IMG/VR virus record: IMGVR_UViG_3300022851_000003
Direction: 5' to 3' (one strand)
DNA from: a virus
DNA length: 59,477 nt
Every line of letters begins with the position of its first letter. Position 1 is the first letter of the stretch. Positions 35,953-44,916 of this stretch are shown piece by piece. The notes beneath the pieces are model-generated. The model saw nothing but the letters and a program-made list of their open reading frames with translations. It made no database searches and was not told the origin of the DNA. A program made the translations under genes and the position numbers.

Positions 35953-36939
35953 ATGCCCGCTTACTTCGATAAGGGACTCATGGTCGGACAGTCCGCATGG
36001 CACAAAGAGGGAACGGTGATTCCCGAAGACGATGATCGACGATTCGACATTGCCGCCTGCATCGGACTCGCCGACATGGACGATACGATCATCAAAGGCC
36101 GCTGCTTCTACGTTCTCGATGAAGAGGACGGACAACCGTGTGACGAAGTTGAAGGGTCTTACGTCACTGTGCGTAGGTATGCCGATGGGTCTTACAAGGC
36201 CCTTGGGACCGTCGGCAGCAAGTACCAGCCATTGCAACCTCGGGAGGCGTTCGATTGGTTCCAACCGTGGCTCGAAACTCGGGAAGTGTCGATCGAGACC
36301 GCCGGGACTCTGCAAGGGGGCCGCGTTGATTGGGTGATGGCTCGCATCCTTCGGGACAACGTGGATGTCGGTGGGGGCGACGAGATCGCCAAGTATCTCA
36401 TGCTCTCGACCGCTCACGATGGGTCACAAGCGACGTATTTGGGGTTCACGCCTCAACGGGTCGTTTGCAGCAACACGTTGGCGATGGCCACGAGCAACAA
36501 CGCATCGAAGTTACTTCGTGTCCGTCACACCAAAGGGCAAGAGCAAGCGTTGTCGACGATTCGAGAGACCATCGACCTGATCGACCGCGAATTCAATGCG
36601 ACTGGCGAGCAGTATCGCACGATGATGGAATGCAAAGTCAATCTGTCGGACATTCGAGCGTATGTCAAAATGGTCAACTCGGTCGATCCTGACATTGACG
36701 ACGATGCGATCGGCAAGAAGATCGGCAAACGCATCAACGACATGGTGGGGATGGCCGTTGACGGTTTGGGGCAATCGCCAAACGATCTAACGGCATGGTC
36801 AGCGTACAACGGGGTCACTCAGTATTTGAGCCACAAGTACGGATCGGATAACGAGAAACGTGTCGTTTCGATGATGCGAGGGACCGCTGCCGATATGGGT
36901 CGTCGTGCTTACGATCTTGCGTTGCAATTGGCCAGCTAA
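35953..36939 (+). CDS. DUF932-family protein
   Basis: ORF 35857-36939; ATG at 35953 after GGAG; STAHDGSQATYLGFTPQRVVCSNTLAMA resembles the DUF932 core. Confidence 0.55.
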   Translation: MPAYFDKGLMVGQSAWHKEGTVIPEDDDRRFDIAACIGLADMDDTIIKGRCFYVLDEEDGQPCDEVEGSYVTVRRYADGSYKALGTVGSKYQPLQPREAFDWFQPWLETREVSIETAGTLQGGRVDWVMARILRDNVDVGGGDEIAKYLMLSTAHDGSQATYLGFTPQRVVCSNTLAMATSNNASKLLRVRHTKGQEQALSTIRETIDLIDREFNATGEQYRTMMECKVNLSDIRAYVKMVNSVDPDIDDDAIGKKIGKRINDMVGMAVDGLGQSPNDLTAWSAYNGVTQYLSHKYGSDNEKRVVSMMRGTAADMGRRAYDLALQLAS

Positions 36940-36960
36940 CCACCCCGGTCACCACCTTGC
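36939..36960 (+). promoter_or_regulatory. 22-bp motif, copy B
   Basis: ACCACCCCGGTCACCACCTTGC at the upstream gene stop. Confidence 0.4.
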
Positions 36961-36964
36961 TACA

Positions 36965-36997
36965 AGCCCTCAGTCTTCGGACTGGGGGCTTTTTTTG
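36965..36997 (+). terminator. intrinsic terminator
   Basis: AGCCCTCAGTC-ttcg-GACTGGGGGCT followed by TTTTTT. Confidence 0.5.
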
Positions 36998-37031
36998 TAG
37001 ACAGACCGTTCACTCACTTTGGAGATTCAAG

Positions 37032-37202
37032 ATGCTTGAGGAACTACATCCACTGATCGCAGCAAGAGTGCTGCAAATGATGGGAGAGCCCATTGAAGAC
37101 CTGGCCCCTTTCAATGATGAACATCGTGAGATTGTTATCAAGTCTTTGCGAGTTGCATCTGACAAACGTCGGCCACTCACCACCCCCCTCACCACCTTGT
37201 AG
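37032..37202 (+). CDS. small hypothetical protein
   Basis: ATG at 37032 preceded by GGAG. Confidence 0.35.
   Translation: MLEELHPLIAARVLQMMGEPIEDLAPFNDEHREIVIKSLRVASDKRRPLTTPLTTL
37179..37200 (+). promoter_or_regulatory. 22-bp motif, copy C
   Basis: ACCACCCCCCTCACCACCTTGT overlapping the last codons of the upstream gene. Confidence 0.4.
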
Positions 37203-37236
37203 CGGACAAACCGCCACACAAACCTGGAGAACAATC

Positions 37237-37485
37237 ATGGACCCCAACGCATGTCTTGCTCGCATCTTTGAAGCACTGGAAGATGGCGGTCACGAAGAGG
37301 CATTTTACGCTTGCCTTGATATGAAGGGCTGGCTCAACAAAGGCGGCTTCACGCCGACGCCCTACATGACACTCAAGAACGCTGACGGCGAAACGGCTTA
37401 CAACATCGACGATCTCAAGGGCTTCTTGAAGATCACGATGGACAACTGCAAGCGTCGTTCGTCTCTCAACCCAGCCAACGGATAG
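37237..37485 (+). CDS. hypothetical protein
   Basis: ATG at 37237 preceded by CTGGAGA. Confidence 0.4.
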   Translation: MDPNACLARIFEALEDGGHEEAFYACLDMKGWLNKGGFTPTPYMTLKNADGETAYNIDDLKGFLKITMDNCKRRSSLNPANG

Positions 37486-37498
37486 GAATCAAACGATC

Positions 37499-37879
37499 AT
37501 GACCACCGCAACACTCAAAGCCAAGCACGGCGACGACCCGACGTACCTGAAGTTCCGACGCGATCTTGCCCAACGCAAATGGGCCAAGCGGAAACGAGCA
37601 CGCAATGCGTTGTTCATCACCGCTGGGGCCAAGGCCGTTCGCCTAGTCAACGAATCTGGGGGCCAGTTGTTAATCCACCGGGCCACCCGAACCGACCGGA
37701 CGAGCGATTGGCAACTCACAACGGTCAGCGCTCACGATGGACGACCGTTCGGCCACAATAACCCGCCGACGTTCCAAGAGGCCGTCCTGCGAGCTGTGGG
37801 GGCCTCGGAGGATTGTTACTGGAACGAACACGGATACGAAATCGTCGAAGTCATCTCAAGCGAGGTGGTCGATGCTTGA
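37499..37879 (+). CDS. hypothetical protein
   Basis: 126-aa ORF with AGGAA RBS. Confidence 0.45.
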   Translation: MTTATLKAKHGDDPTYLKFRRDLAQRKWAKRKRARNALFITAGAKAVRLVNESGGQLLIHRATRTDRTSDWQLTTVSAHDGRPFGHNNPPTFQEAVLRAVGASEDCYWNEHGYEIVEVISSEVVDA

Positions 37880-38000
37880 TCTGTTCAACACAGCCTGCGA
37901 TTGGATCGGCCCCGAGTGGGTCGGTTCGATCATCGGGATCGTTATCGTCGTGCCGTATGCGGCATGGCTGTTTTCACCAACTACAAAGCAACGAGGATAG
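37872..38000 (+). CDS. small membrane peptide
   Basis: 42-aa ORF with GAGGTGG RBS; hydrophobic core SIIGIVIVVPYAAWLF. Confidence 0.3.
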   Translation: MLDLFNTACDWIGPEWVGSIIGIVIVVPYAAWLFSPTTKQRG

Positions 38001-38020
38001 CCCAGCTATCAAGTGGGCTG

Positions 38021-38042
38021 ACCACCCTGCGGTCCACCTTGC
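38021..38042 (+). promoter_or_regulatory. 22-bp motif, copy
   Basis: ACCACCCTGCGGTCCACCTTGC. Confidence 0.4.
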
Positions 38043-38188
38043 TTCGGCCCATCAGGCTGCTTACACTCCACTACAGAGGCGTAACCGCCGTGAACACGAG
38101 AGTCCCTGTAAGGGGCTCGACTGCCCGCGACGCTTGCGGTACCGACGCAACACGGTTTTCATGTTGCAACACATCTACAGGTTTCACG

Positions 38189-38599
38189 ATGTCAAACACA
38201 AGAACAATCACGCTCACCGGCCGTCCACCCGTGACGATCAATGAGGAAAACTGGCCGATGTTTGCCTCGGCCAGCGACAAGTCCCATGATGGACAGATCG
38301 AGTGTCAAGCTAACCGAATGACCAGATGGTTTATCGGTGTTCGCAAACACAAAGACGGCCGAGCGATCGTCAACGCAACTTACAGTTACACGTCCAACTG
38401 GCAGGGGGCGCGGGACTATTCCGCCAAGCGAGGCGTCTTGCTCGATGGATCGCCGGATGTATCACAGATCATCGACGCGATCCACGAAGTCGCCAACGAG
38501 ATTGCGGAAGCAGAGCACAACAGCGAGGAGCACATCGCAAGATGGCCGACACTCGTTGCCGAGGTGATCGCTGACATGCCAGCCGAAAATTTGGAATAA
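38189..38599 (+). CDS. hypothetical protein
   Basis: ORF 37901-38599; ATG at 38189 (MSNTRTITL) chosen because the upstream part overlaps the motif and intergenic sequence. Confidence 0.45.
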   Translation: MSNTRTITLTGRPPVTINEENWPMFASASDKSHDGQIECQANRMTRWFIGVRKHKDGRAIVNATYSYTSNWQGARDYSAKRGVLLDGSPDVSQIIDAIHEVANEIAEAEHNSEEHIARWPTLVAEVIADMPAENLE

Positions 38600-38612
38600 C
38601 CACCGTCTCTCC

Positions 38613-38658
38613 AGAGCCCCCTTTCCCGTCACTTCGGTGGCGGGTCTGGGGGTTTTTT
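38613..38658 (+). terminator. intrinsic terminator
   Basis: CCCGTCAC-ttcg-GTGGCGGG then GGGGGTTTTTT. Confidence 0.4.
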
Positions 38659-38673
38659 CGTTTCTGGACTCGA

Positions 38674-39309
38674 TCAACCGCGAGTATCGCACAGAAGCGA
38701 GACCGAGTAGATCACCGGTGTGACCGCCGTCCCCGTGGCCGCGTCGTTACAAGCGACCGCGATCCGCACGTCCAAGAGATCGCCAGGGTCAACGCCACTG
38801 GCATCAATGGTGAAGTCGACATCGGCCGGCGTCAGGCTGTTCATCGTCGCCGCTGCGGTCGTTACCAACTCCGCGCTGACACTGCCCGCCCCATCGCTCT
38901 TACGCGCCTCACAGTCCACCGTGCAGGTCGTGTCGGCAACGGTGGTTTCCATCGCACATCGCAGCCGCAACTGGATCGTCTCGCCGTCCTGATAGTGATC
39001 CGGCACCGGGATCTGGAACCTTGCGTACCGGGTGGTCGCCCCGGCTGCCTTGAGGTCTCCCGCTAGGAGTTCTGGGCAGTTAGTGCCAAACGATCCCGCG
39101 TCGATTCCCAGGTCATCGGATGCCGCTGAAGCTGGCAAGAGAGAGGTGATCGCATCGTGAACGCGACCATTGGTCAGTGCAACAGGGATCTCCTGCAACA
39201 CCCTTTGCGCTAGCTTCTCGACGCCGATCGCAGCCTGGGAACTGATACATCGATCAGTGACAAAGCTGTCAGGAAGGATAATTGTGGTTGACTCGACAAT
39301 GGTGGTCAT
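38674..39309 (-). CDS. hypothetical protein
   Basis: ORF 38674-39342 on opposite strand, fitting the gap between plus genes; ATG at 39309. Confidence 0.4.
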   Translation of the reverse strand: MTTIVESTTIILPDSFVTDRCISSQAAIGVEKLAQRVLQEIPVALTNGRVHDAITSLLPASAASDDLGIDAGSFGTNCPELLAGDLKAAGATTRYARFQIPVPDHYQDGETIQLRLRCAMETTVADTTCTVDCEARKSDGAGSVSAELVTTAAATMNSLTPADVDFTIDASGVDPGDLLDVRIAVACNDAATGTAVTPVIYSVSLLCDTRG

Positions 39310-39408
39310 TGAACTGATCTCAAATACGGGTAACTGATCCACTTAGAGGGTAAAGCGATGCCATATCGTATCGCCTCGAATCGAAAAACCAAGTCTATTT
39401 ATCGGCAG

Positions 39409-39430
39409 ACCACCCCGCTAACCACCTTGG
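39409..39430 (+). promoter_or_regulatory. 22-bp motif, copy D
   Basis: ACCACCCCGCTAACCACCTTGG, 59 nt upstream of the dnaN-like ATG. Confidence 0.4.
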
Positions 39431-39488
39431 TTCGACCGAGCAGCACACCGCTGCCAACCATGTTCCTTTCACTTCACTGGAGAATCTT

Positions 39489-40559
39489 ATGTCCGCTGCA
39501 ACATCGAGCGTCGTCTCACAAAAACGACTCGCCACCTTCCTGCGTTTGTTCAAGCCAAAGACGTGCCGTATCTCGTCCGACGGCGGATTGATCTGGGCCT
39601 TCCATCCCATCGAAGGCAGCCCGTGTCTCGTCGCACCCGCCATCTGCATCGGCGAAGGTGACGCCAAGGGGGCCATCGAGATCGACGTGAAAAAGTACGG
39701 CAAGTTCATCCGCTCATCGGGAACCAATGCCGACATCGCCGCGACCTACGATGGCAAGTCCCTGTCACTGGAGTCCGACAAGCTCGGCAGCATGGAGTTC
39801 GAGAAAGACGCCAAGCACGTCAGTGAGTACGCACCACTGGATGAACGGGGCGAATACCTCGTCACCATCCCGGCCGACGTGGTGAAGCAGATGGCGGGCT
39901 ACGCTGACCGAACTGATTCCGAGTCCAGACGCTACGCATTGAGCGGGTTCCTCGTCGAGCAAGAACACTTCATCGCCACCGATGGTCGTCGGTTACTGGT
40001 AGGCAAGATCGACCACCTCGGGGCTCAGGAGTTTGCCATCGGCGCCAAGGAAAACAAACCGGGAGACGAACTGGTTCCGTTTTCGGTCAATGTCCCCGCC
40101 GATCTGGTCCGCTACGCTGCCATGCTGGGCGAGTCGATCGACGTGTTCCAACAACGGCTGATCGCCGGCGACGTGGTGGCGGCTCCGGTCGATGGGCGCT
40201 TCCCAACCTGGCGGCAAGTGCTCGTGGAAACCGACACCGAAACGCCAGTCGACATTGACGATATGATCCAACGATGCGATAAGCAACTCGCCATTTCCAA
40301 GATCAACAATGGGGAGGAGATGGGGCTGGAACTGGTAATGAGCCACGACGATGAGGAATTCAAGGCCACGTTTGACTGCCGTTACCTGGCCGCCGCAATC
40401 AAGGGGCGATCCGCTGCGACGATCAACTACGCCAGCGACGGGGTTCAGTCGAAATACAACGAACGGTGCTTTGAATCGCCCATTGTGGTGACCAACGCCG
40501 ACGAGCCGAACGTCCAAGAGGTTATCATGGCAATGTCCCGCAATCCGAAGCGGGAATAA
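39489..40559 (+). CDS. dnaN: DNA polymerase III beta sliding-clamp homologue
   Basis: RRYALSGFLVEQEHFIATDGRRLLV aligns with E. coli beta RYYLNGMLFE...ATDGHRLAV; GRFPTWRQVL aligns with FPDYRRVLP; length 356 aa. Confidence 0.7.
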   Translation: MSAATSSVVSQKRLATFLRLFKPKTCRISSDGGLIWAFHPIEGSPCLVAPAICIGEGDAKGAIEIDVKKYGKFIRSSGTNADIAATYDGKSLSLESDKLGSMEFEKDAKHVSEYAPLDERGEYLVTIPADVVKQMAGYADRTDSESRRYALSGFLVEQEHFIATDGRRLLVGKIDHLGAQEFAIGAKENKPGDELVPFSVNVPADLVRYAAMLGESIDVFQQRLIAGDVVAAPVDGRFPTWRQVLVETDTETPVDIDDMIQRCDKQLAISKINNGEEMGLELVMSHDDEEFKATFDCRYLAAAIKGRSAATINYASDGVQSKYNERCFESPIVVTNADEPNVQEVIMAMSRNPKRE

Positions 40560-40565
40560 TCCTCA

Positions 40566-40587
40566 ACCACCCCCCTCCCCATCTTGT
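40566..40587 (+). promoter_or_regulatory. 22-bp motif, copy E
   Basis: ACCACCCCCCTCCCCATCTTGT just after the dnaN-like stop. Confidence 0.4.
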
Positions 40588-40710
40588 ACCGGGCGGCATC
40601 CGTGTCGCCCACCCTCGGCCCTCTATCTCGCTCGCCTGCTCGTTGGCGGGGGCTGCACAATCCAAGCGGTTTGGGTTGACTAGGAAGCGATACCATTCTG
40701 GAGAATTAAG

Positions 40711-41034
40711 ATGACCAAACTAATTGAATCCGTATCCGTCGAACGAGACTACGGAAGGACCGGAACCGATGCCATTGTCGAAGCGAACGACGGGGAGCGA
40801 TACCTGATTCGAGACGGGTTCGGCGGCGTCGATTCGCTCGAAGGCGGGGCGGTGCGTTGGAGCAATGGCGCGATGTACCATCTGCAACCAGAGGACACGA
40901 TCGCGTCACTCCAGTCGGAAGCGTGGAACGAGACCACTAGCGTTTGGGACGCAGTGGTCGCCGGATTCGACGGATCGCGACCAGTTGTTTTGATCGACCC
41001 AACAAACATGGCGAAGGCAGTCGGCCTCACCTGA
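40711..41034 (+). CDS. hypothetical protein
   Basis: 107-aa ORF. Confidence 0.45.
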   Translation: MTKLIESVSVERDYGRTGTDAIVEANDGERYLIRDGFGGVDSLEGGAVRWSNGAMYHLQPEDTIASLQSEAWNETTSVWDAVVAGFDGSRPVVLIDPTNMAKAVGLT

Positions 41035-41062
41035 AAACCACAACCACCCACCAAGGAACATC

Positions 41063-41593
41063 ATGGACATTCCCAATCTAATCAATCGGATGCGTAGCGG
41101 TGACACACTCGCTGCCCGTGGATTGATCGAGGCACAACGACACGGACGGGCGCTGCGATTGTATCCCGACGGACGCAACGGACCCAACGACGAAGGCGTC
41201 GCACCAATCCTGCTGGAACAAACCGAAAACCTGCTCGTCCATCTGCGACTAGGGCGACCCTGCATTGTCGTTCTCCGACGCGACCAACTCGGCCCGGTCT
41301 TGATGTTCCTGTTCCGCTGCTCTGCCCGTATGATGGCGAACCTAGATCGGTACGATGAATCATCGATCACGCCAGGCATCGGATACCAGACCGGATGCAC
41401 CAACGATCCATGGAAAATCGTGATTTCCTTTTCACCACACGGGCGAATCGATTACGATCTCGGCATCGAGGACTGCATCAGTATCATTACTTCATGGCTT
41501 ACGTTCATCGACCAGCACGAGTGGGAAATCGACGACTGCTCGCTGACCGACGAAGAATACATGGCCCTTTCCCATATCGCCAATCATGTGTGA
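41063..41593 (+). CDS. hypothetical protein
   Basis: 176-aa ORF. Confidence 0.45.
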   Translation: MDIPNLINRMRSGDTLAARGLIEAQRHGRALRLYPDGRNGPNDEGVAPILLEQTENLLVHLRLGRPCIVVLRRDQLGPVLMFLFRCSARMMANLDRYDESSITPGIGYQTGCTNDPWKIVISFSPHGRIDYDLGIEDCISIITSWLTFIDQHEWEIDDCSLTDEEYMALSHIANHV

Positions 41594-41717
41594 ACGCTTG
41601 CGATAACCGGTCGGCTTCGTGGCACTCATTGATCCTCAAAAGACAAAACCAAAAACCAATTTTACAACCCTCCCCAGATGATCGCCGATCCGCGTTCATC
41701 GCATTGTTACTCGTCTC

Positions 41718-42047
41718 ATGCACAAAATCACAGCAACGTCATTCAGTGAAATAGCTGAACTGTCAGCATCATCAGAGTGCGAGTCGTACTCACAAGCATC
41801 GTACAATGTCTTTTGTGCGTTAAATCAGCGGGCGAATACGCTCATGTTTGTGGGCGAACACGCCATCGTAGGAATTGAGCAAATCGTTTGTCACGACACC
41901 GATGGTTGCGACGAATACGAATTGAGAGAGGCTTGTGAGAATCTCCGAGCGATCGTCATATTTCTCAAAAGTACGAAACTTGAAACCGCTGTCAAATATG
42001 CCAGAGCAGTAGCGAAGGCCGAGAAGTTCCTGAAAGAGTACGAGTAA
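41718..42047 (+). CDS. hypothetical protein
   Basis: 109-aa ORF. Confidence 0.4.
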   Translation: MHKITATSFSEIAELSASSECESYSQASYNVFCALNQRANTLMFVGEHAIVGIEQIVCHDTDGCDEYELREACENLRAIVIFLKSTKLETAVKYARAVAKAEKFLKEYE

Positions 42048-42142
42048 CGCTTTGATTATCCCGTTTTGCGGCGGGAAAACTAAACCTAACCGATTGATCT
42101 TGACCGCAAACGGGATCAATCAATTGTTCGTGCGGTGCGATT

Positions 42143-42361
42143 ATGTGGGATGACATTGACGACGAGGGAATCGTTGCGGGCCGAGAAATCGAAACGCACT
42201 GGAAGTCATGCGGCGGGTTCGGGATCGACTGGGATCGAAACGTGTTTATCGTCGAAGGCGACGGCGGGCATGTGAATCTTGAAATTCGGATACCGCTATC
42301 GGATCTTGTAGACGCTGGATTTACCCTGCCAGACAAAGGCAGCAGCAAGAGCAATGGGTAA
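42143..42361 (+). CDS. hypothetical protein
   Basis: 72-aa ORF. Confidence 0.35.
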   Translation: MWDDIDDEGIVAGREIETHWKSCGGFGIDWDRNVFIVEGDGGHVNLEIRIPLSDLVDAGFTLPDKGSSKSNG

Positions 42362-42575
42362 AATTAAGGGCCGACCACGAAAGTCAAACGAGCCTGTTTA
42401 TGTCGTCAAAGGTTGCCCAGCAGACGAACGCCGCAGTGTCATTCGGACACTCGGCAAGTTTGCGAAACGCCAGCAAGCAAGGCAGTGGTGCCGCAACCAA
42501 GGCAGTTGGGAATATGCAGAATTGATAATCATCCACCCTGATGGAACGAGAGAGGAACACCAATGGCAGAGTTAA
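42354..42575 (+). CDS. hypothetical basic protein
   Basis: 73-aa ORF. Confidence 0.35.
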   Translation: MGKIKGRPRKSNEPVYVVKGCPADERRSVIRTLGKFAKRQQARQWCRNQGSWEYAELIIIHPDGTREEHQWQS

Positions 42576-42901
42576 AAGTTGGCGACCAAGTGGAAGTGAT
42601 AGACGAAGGGCTGGCGATGCTTCGCCGATTGTGTCCGGGGATGCCCCCGAACCATCGCGGAAGGATCGAGGAAATCGACGGCGAAGATGGCAAAGCACAA
42701 CGGACGGCGATACATCGGGATCGAAGTGAACCCGGAGTATTGCGAGATTGCAGAGAAACGCTTAGCGCAACAAGTGCTGTTCTAGGTCAGGGGAACGCTG
42801 CCGATAAAAAGCGACGGCGAGAAAACGTAACCATCACCAACCAACCCAAAGCCGTCGTCTTTTTCAACGGCTTGTTACGATCGCGACCAGTAAAACCATG
42901 A
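42563..42901 (+). CDS. hypothetical protein (reading frame uncertain)
   Basis: 112-aa ORF; a methyltransferase-like remnant is encoded in another frame inside it. Confidence 0.3.
   Translation: MAELKVGDQVEVIDEGLAMLRRLCPGMPPNHRGRIEEIDGEDGKAQRTAIHRDRSEPGVLRDCRETLSATSAVLGQGNAADKKRRRENVTITNQPKAVVFFNGLLRSRPVKP
42603..42785 (+). pseudogene. C-terminal remnant of an N6/N4 DNA methyltransferase
   Basis: 60-codon open frame ending GSRKSTAKMAKHNGRRYIGIEVNPEYCEIAEKRLAQQVLF, resembling the FxGSGTT...GRxFIGIE C-terminus of amino-methyltransferases; no N-terminal half. Confidence 0.4.
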
Positions 42902-43203
42902 TTACGAAAACCCGGAAAGAAGTGACGGAAGCGGTGTTGTCAGCATTGCACCAAGAGATCGGCGGTGACGTTTTGTTCCGCGAAGTTTACTACGGGCTGT
43001 TTTGGAACGGTCCGGAGAAAGAGCGATCGCCGGAGCAGTGGTTTGACGACTTTCAGTGGTTCACGAAAAAGTTCATTCACATCGCGGCAGCGAAAGACTT
43101 GCTGTTCGCGTGGCATACGTGCAATCCCGATAGCGACATCACGCCGACAGGATTCAGTGATGATCAGATGACGATGCACTTCAAGCGGAAGTCGTCGTCG
43201 TAA
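42898..43203 (+). CDS. hypothetical protein
   Basis: 101-aa ORF. Confidence 0.4.
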   Translation: MITKTRKEVTEAVLSALHQEIGGDVLFREVYYGLFWNGPEKERSPEQWFDDFQWFTKKFIHIAAAKDLLFAWHTCNPDSDITPTGFSDDQMTMHFKRKSSS

Positions 43204-43346
43204 CGCTTCCAATCAACCGGTTGCGGCCAGTTGATTTCCCACTTCAAAAACCTTTACCCGCAACTCGGTTGCATTGGATTGTTACGTTCGGGCACAAGTC
43301 CGGCAAGGCAGCAACAACGCACTGGGTGACGTTCATCAAGTGCGGA

Positions 43347-43384
43347 TAACAAGTAATTACCCTGCGCCGCGCAGGATAACACAC
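43347..43384. repeat. GC-rich palindromic element, copy 2 (inverted relative to copy 1)
   Basis: taacaagtaa TTACCCTGCGCcGCGCAGGATAA cacac; about 230 bp upstream of the serine recombinase operon. Confidence 0.6.
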
Positions 43385-43407
43385 CAGACTGTCATCAAAA
43401 GAATACC

Positions 43408-43617
43408 ATGCCTCTTCCCGATCTGACGACTCGCCAGCAATCCACTCTCATCAACAAGGTGGATCACAACTGCCGTCGAAATGGCAAGAGATTCCTGCGT
43501 GATCTCGGCGGAACTGGGCACGCCGCTGAACTCGACGCGCAATTACAAATCGCCCGTAACAATCCCGATGCGGTGAAAGCCGCCGAACTCTTTACGAAGG
43601 AGAAAGATCGGAAATGA
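43408..43617 (+). CDS. small protein co-transcribed with serine recombinase
   Basis: 69-aa ORF; stop overlaps recombinase start. Confidence 0.4.
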   Translation: MPLPDLTTRQQSTLINKVDHNCRRNGKRFLRDLGGTGHAAELDAQLQIARNNPDAVKAAELFTKEKDRK

Positions 43618-44438
43618 AAGTCATAGGATATGGTCGTGAATCGACCGCCGACCAATCGATTTCTGCCGAAGTGCAGCAGCGACAATGCCGCGAGTGGTTT
43701 GACCGAACATTCAAGGACAATCCTGACGCGAAGTTTGTGCGAATGCTCAACGACGAGTCCGTCTCAGGCAAGACACGCCTGTTCCAACGTCCGCAGGGGA
43801 GTCTCCTGTTGACCATGCTCGAACGAGGCGACACCGTCGTCGCGTCCAAAATGTCACGGATGTTTCGATCCATGCCCGACACGGTCAACACGCTCGACGT
43901 GTTCAATGAAGCCGGCATCAAGGTCGTGCTGCTCGACATCGGCATGGACTTCGACACGCCAGTGGGCAAACTAATCTTCCACATCCTCGGGGCAGTCAAT
44001 CAGTTTGAACGCGAACTAATCTCCGAGCGGACCAAGGAAGCTCTCGCCCAGCTCCGTGAACGTGGCCAATACCTCGGCTCACCACCGCCGGGGTGGAAGT
44101 TCGACAGCAAGCGGACCAACGGGATTCGGGAACTGATCCCTGACATGGACCGCCGCACCTTCGGGGAATACTCCCTCGATCAACTGGTCGAAGGCCGATC
44201 CGCCAAGTCGATTGCCTGCGAGATCGAAGCACTATTGCGGCGCGAGCACATCCAACGACACGGCACCAACCTGAAGGAAAAACGAGAGAAGATCGCGTTC
44301 TCCGACACCGATGTCGTTCGACTCGCCGCCTTTGCAGTGGCCGGGTTCCCGCCGATCAATAGCACGGCGCTGAAAAAAGTCCTCGGTGTCAATCCATTCC
44401 GAGTTGAAACCCTGCGGCAACTGGCAGCGTCCGCCTAA
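43614..44438 (+). CDS. serine recombinase (resolvase/invertase family)
   Basis: N-terminal VIGYGRESTADQS with catalytic Ser context; resolvase-like core through QFERELISERTKEAL; C-terminal extension. Confidence 0.75.
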   Translation: MKVIGYGRESTADQSISAEVQQRQCREWFDRTFKDNPDAKFVRMLNDESVSGKTRLFQRPQGSLLLTMLERGDTVVASKMSRMFRSMPDTVNTLDVFNEAGIKVVLLDIGMDFDTPVGKLIFHILGAVNQFERELISERTKEALAQLRERGQYLGSPPPGWKFDSKRTNGIRELIPDMDRRTFGEYSLDQLVEGRSAKSIACEIEALLRREHIQRHGTNLKEKREKIAFSDTDVVRLAAFAVAGFPPINSTALKKVLGVNPFRVETLRQLAASA

Positions 44439-44725
44439 CCGGACTTCGAGCCGATGAATTCTTTCGCCCAGCGGATCGTGCTGTAGCGGACGTTGCCGAT
44501 CCACTGGATCTTCAGTGTCTTGGAATGCTTCTTCTTCTTCCGTGAGAGCCCGCCGGTTGCCCATCGCTGATACGTGCGATACGTGCAATTGATGACACCC
44601 GCCTTCTCCATCGCTTTCGCAAGCTGCGGTAGCGTCATCAGGGTTGTCTCCTCAGCGACATCCTGATCGCCCCAAATCTCTTGCGCCTCGTGGCTTGTAG
44701 CCACCGTCTTCTTCGTCGCAGTCAT
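44435..44725 (-). CDS. HTH DNA-binding protein (excisionase/MerR-like)
   Basis: ORF 44435-44776 begins with TTG; ATG at 44725; segment MTLPQLAKAMEKAGVINCTYRTYQRWATGG. Confidence 0.45.
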   Translation of the reverse strand: MTATKKTVATSHEAQEIWGDQDVAEETTLMTLPQLAKAMEKAGVINCTYRTYQRWATGGLSRKKKKHSKTLKIQWIGNVRYSTIRWAKEFIGSKSG

Positions 44726-44796
44726 GCGATCATTCCCACCATGGTGTGCTGAAACTGCCCTTCCGTGAGCAAACAAAACTGTACAAATCTTAACGA

Positions 44797-44817
44797 CTTT
44801 ATACGAAGTTGCGACAC
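44797..44817 (+). promoter_or_regulatory. TTGCGACAC motif, copy 2
   Basis: CTTTATACGAAGTTGCGACAC in the divergent region before the structural arc. Confidence 0.35.
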
Positions 44818-44916
44818 AAACACCGAAAAACTATTGCTGCTTTACCACTCGTCGGTTTCATTGCAAAAGCTGAACTGCCTTTACAGACGCAATGAATTCT
44901 TGGGAAAGCCGACGCA

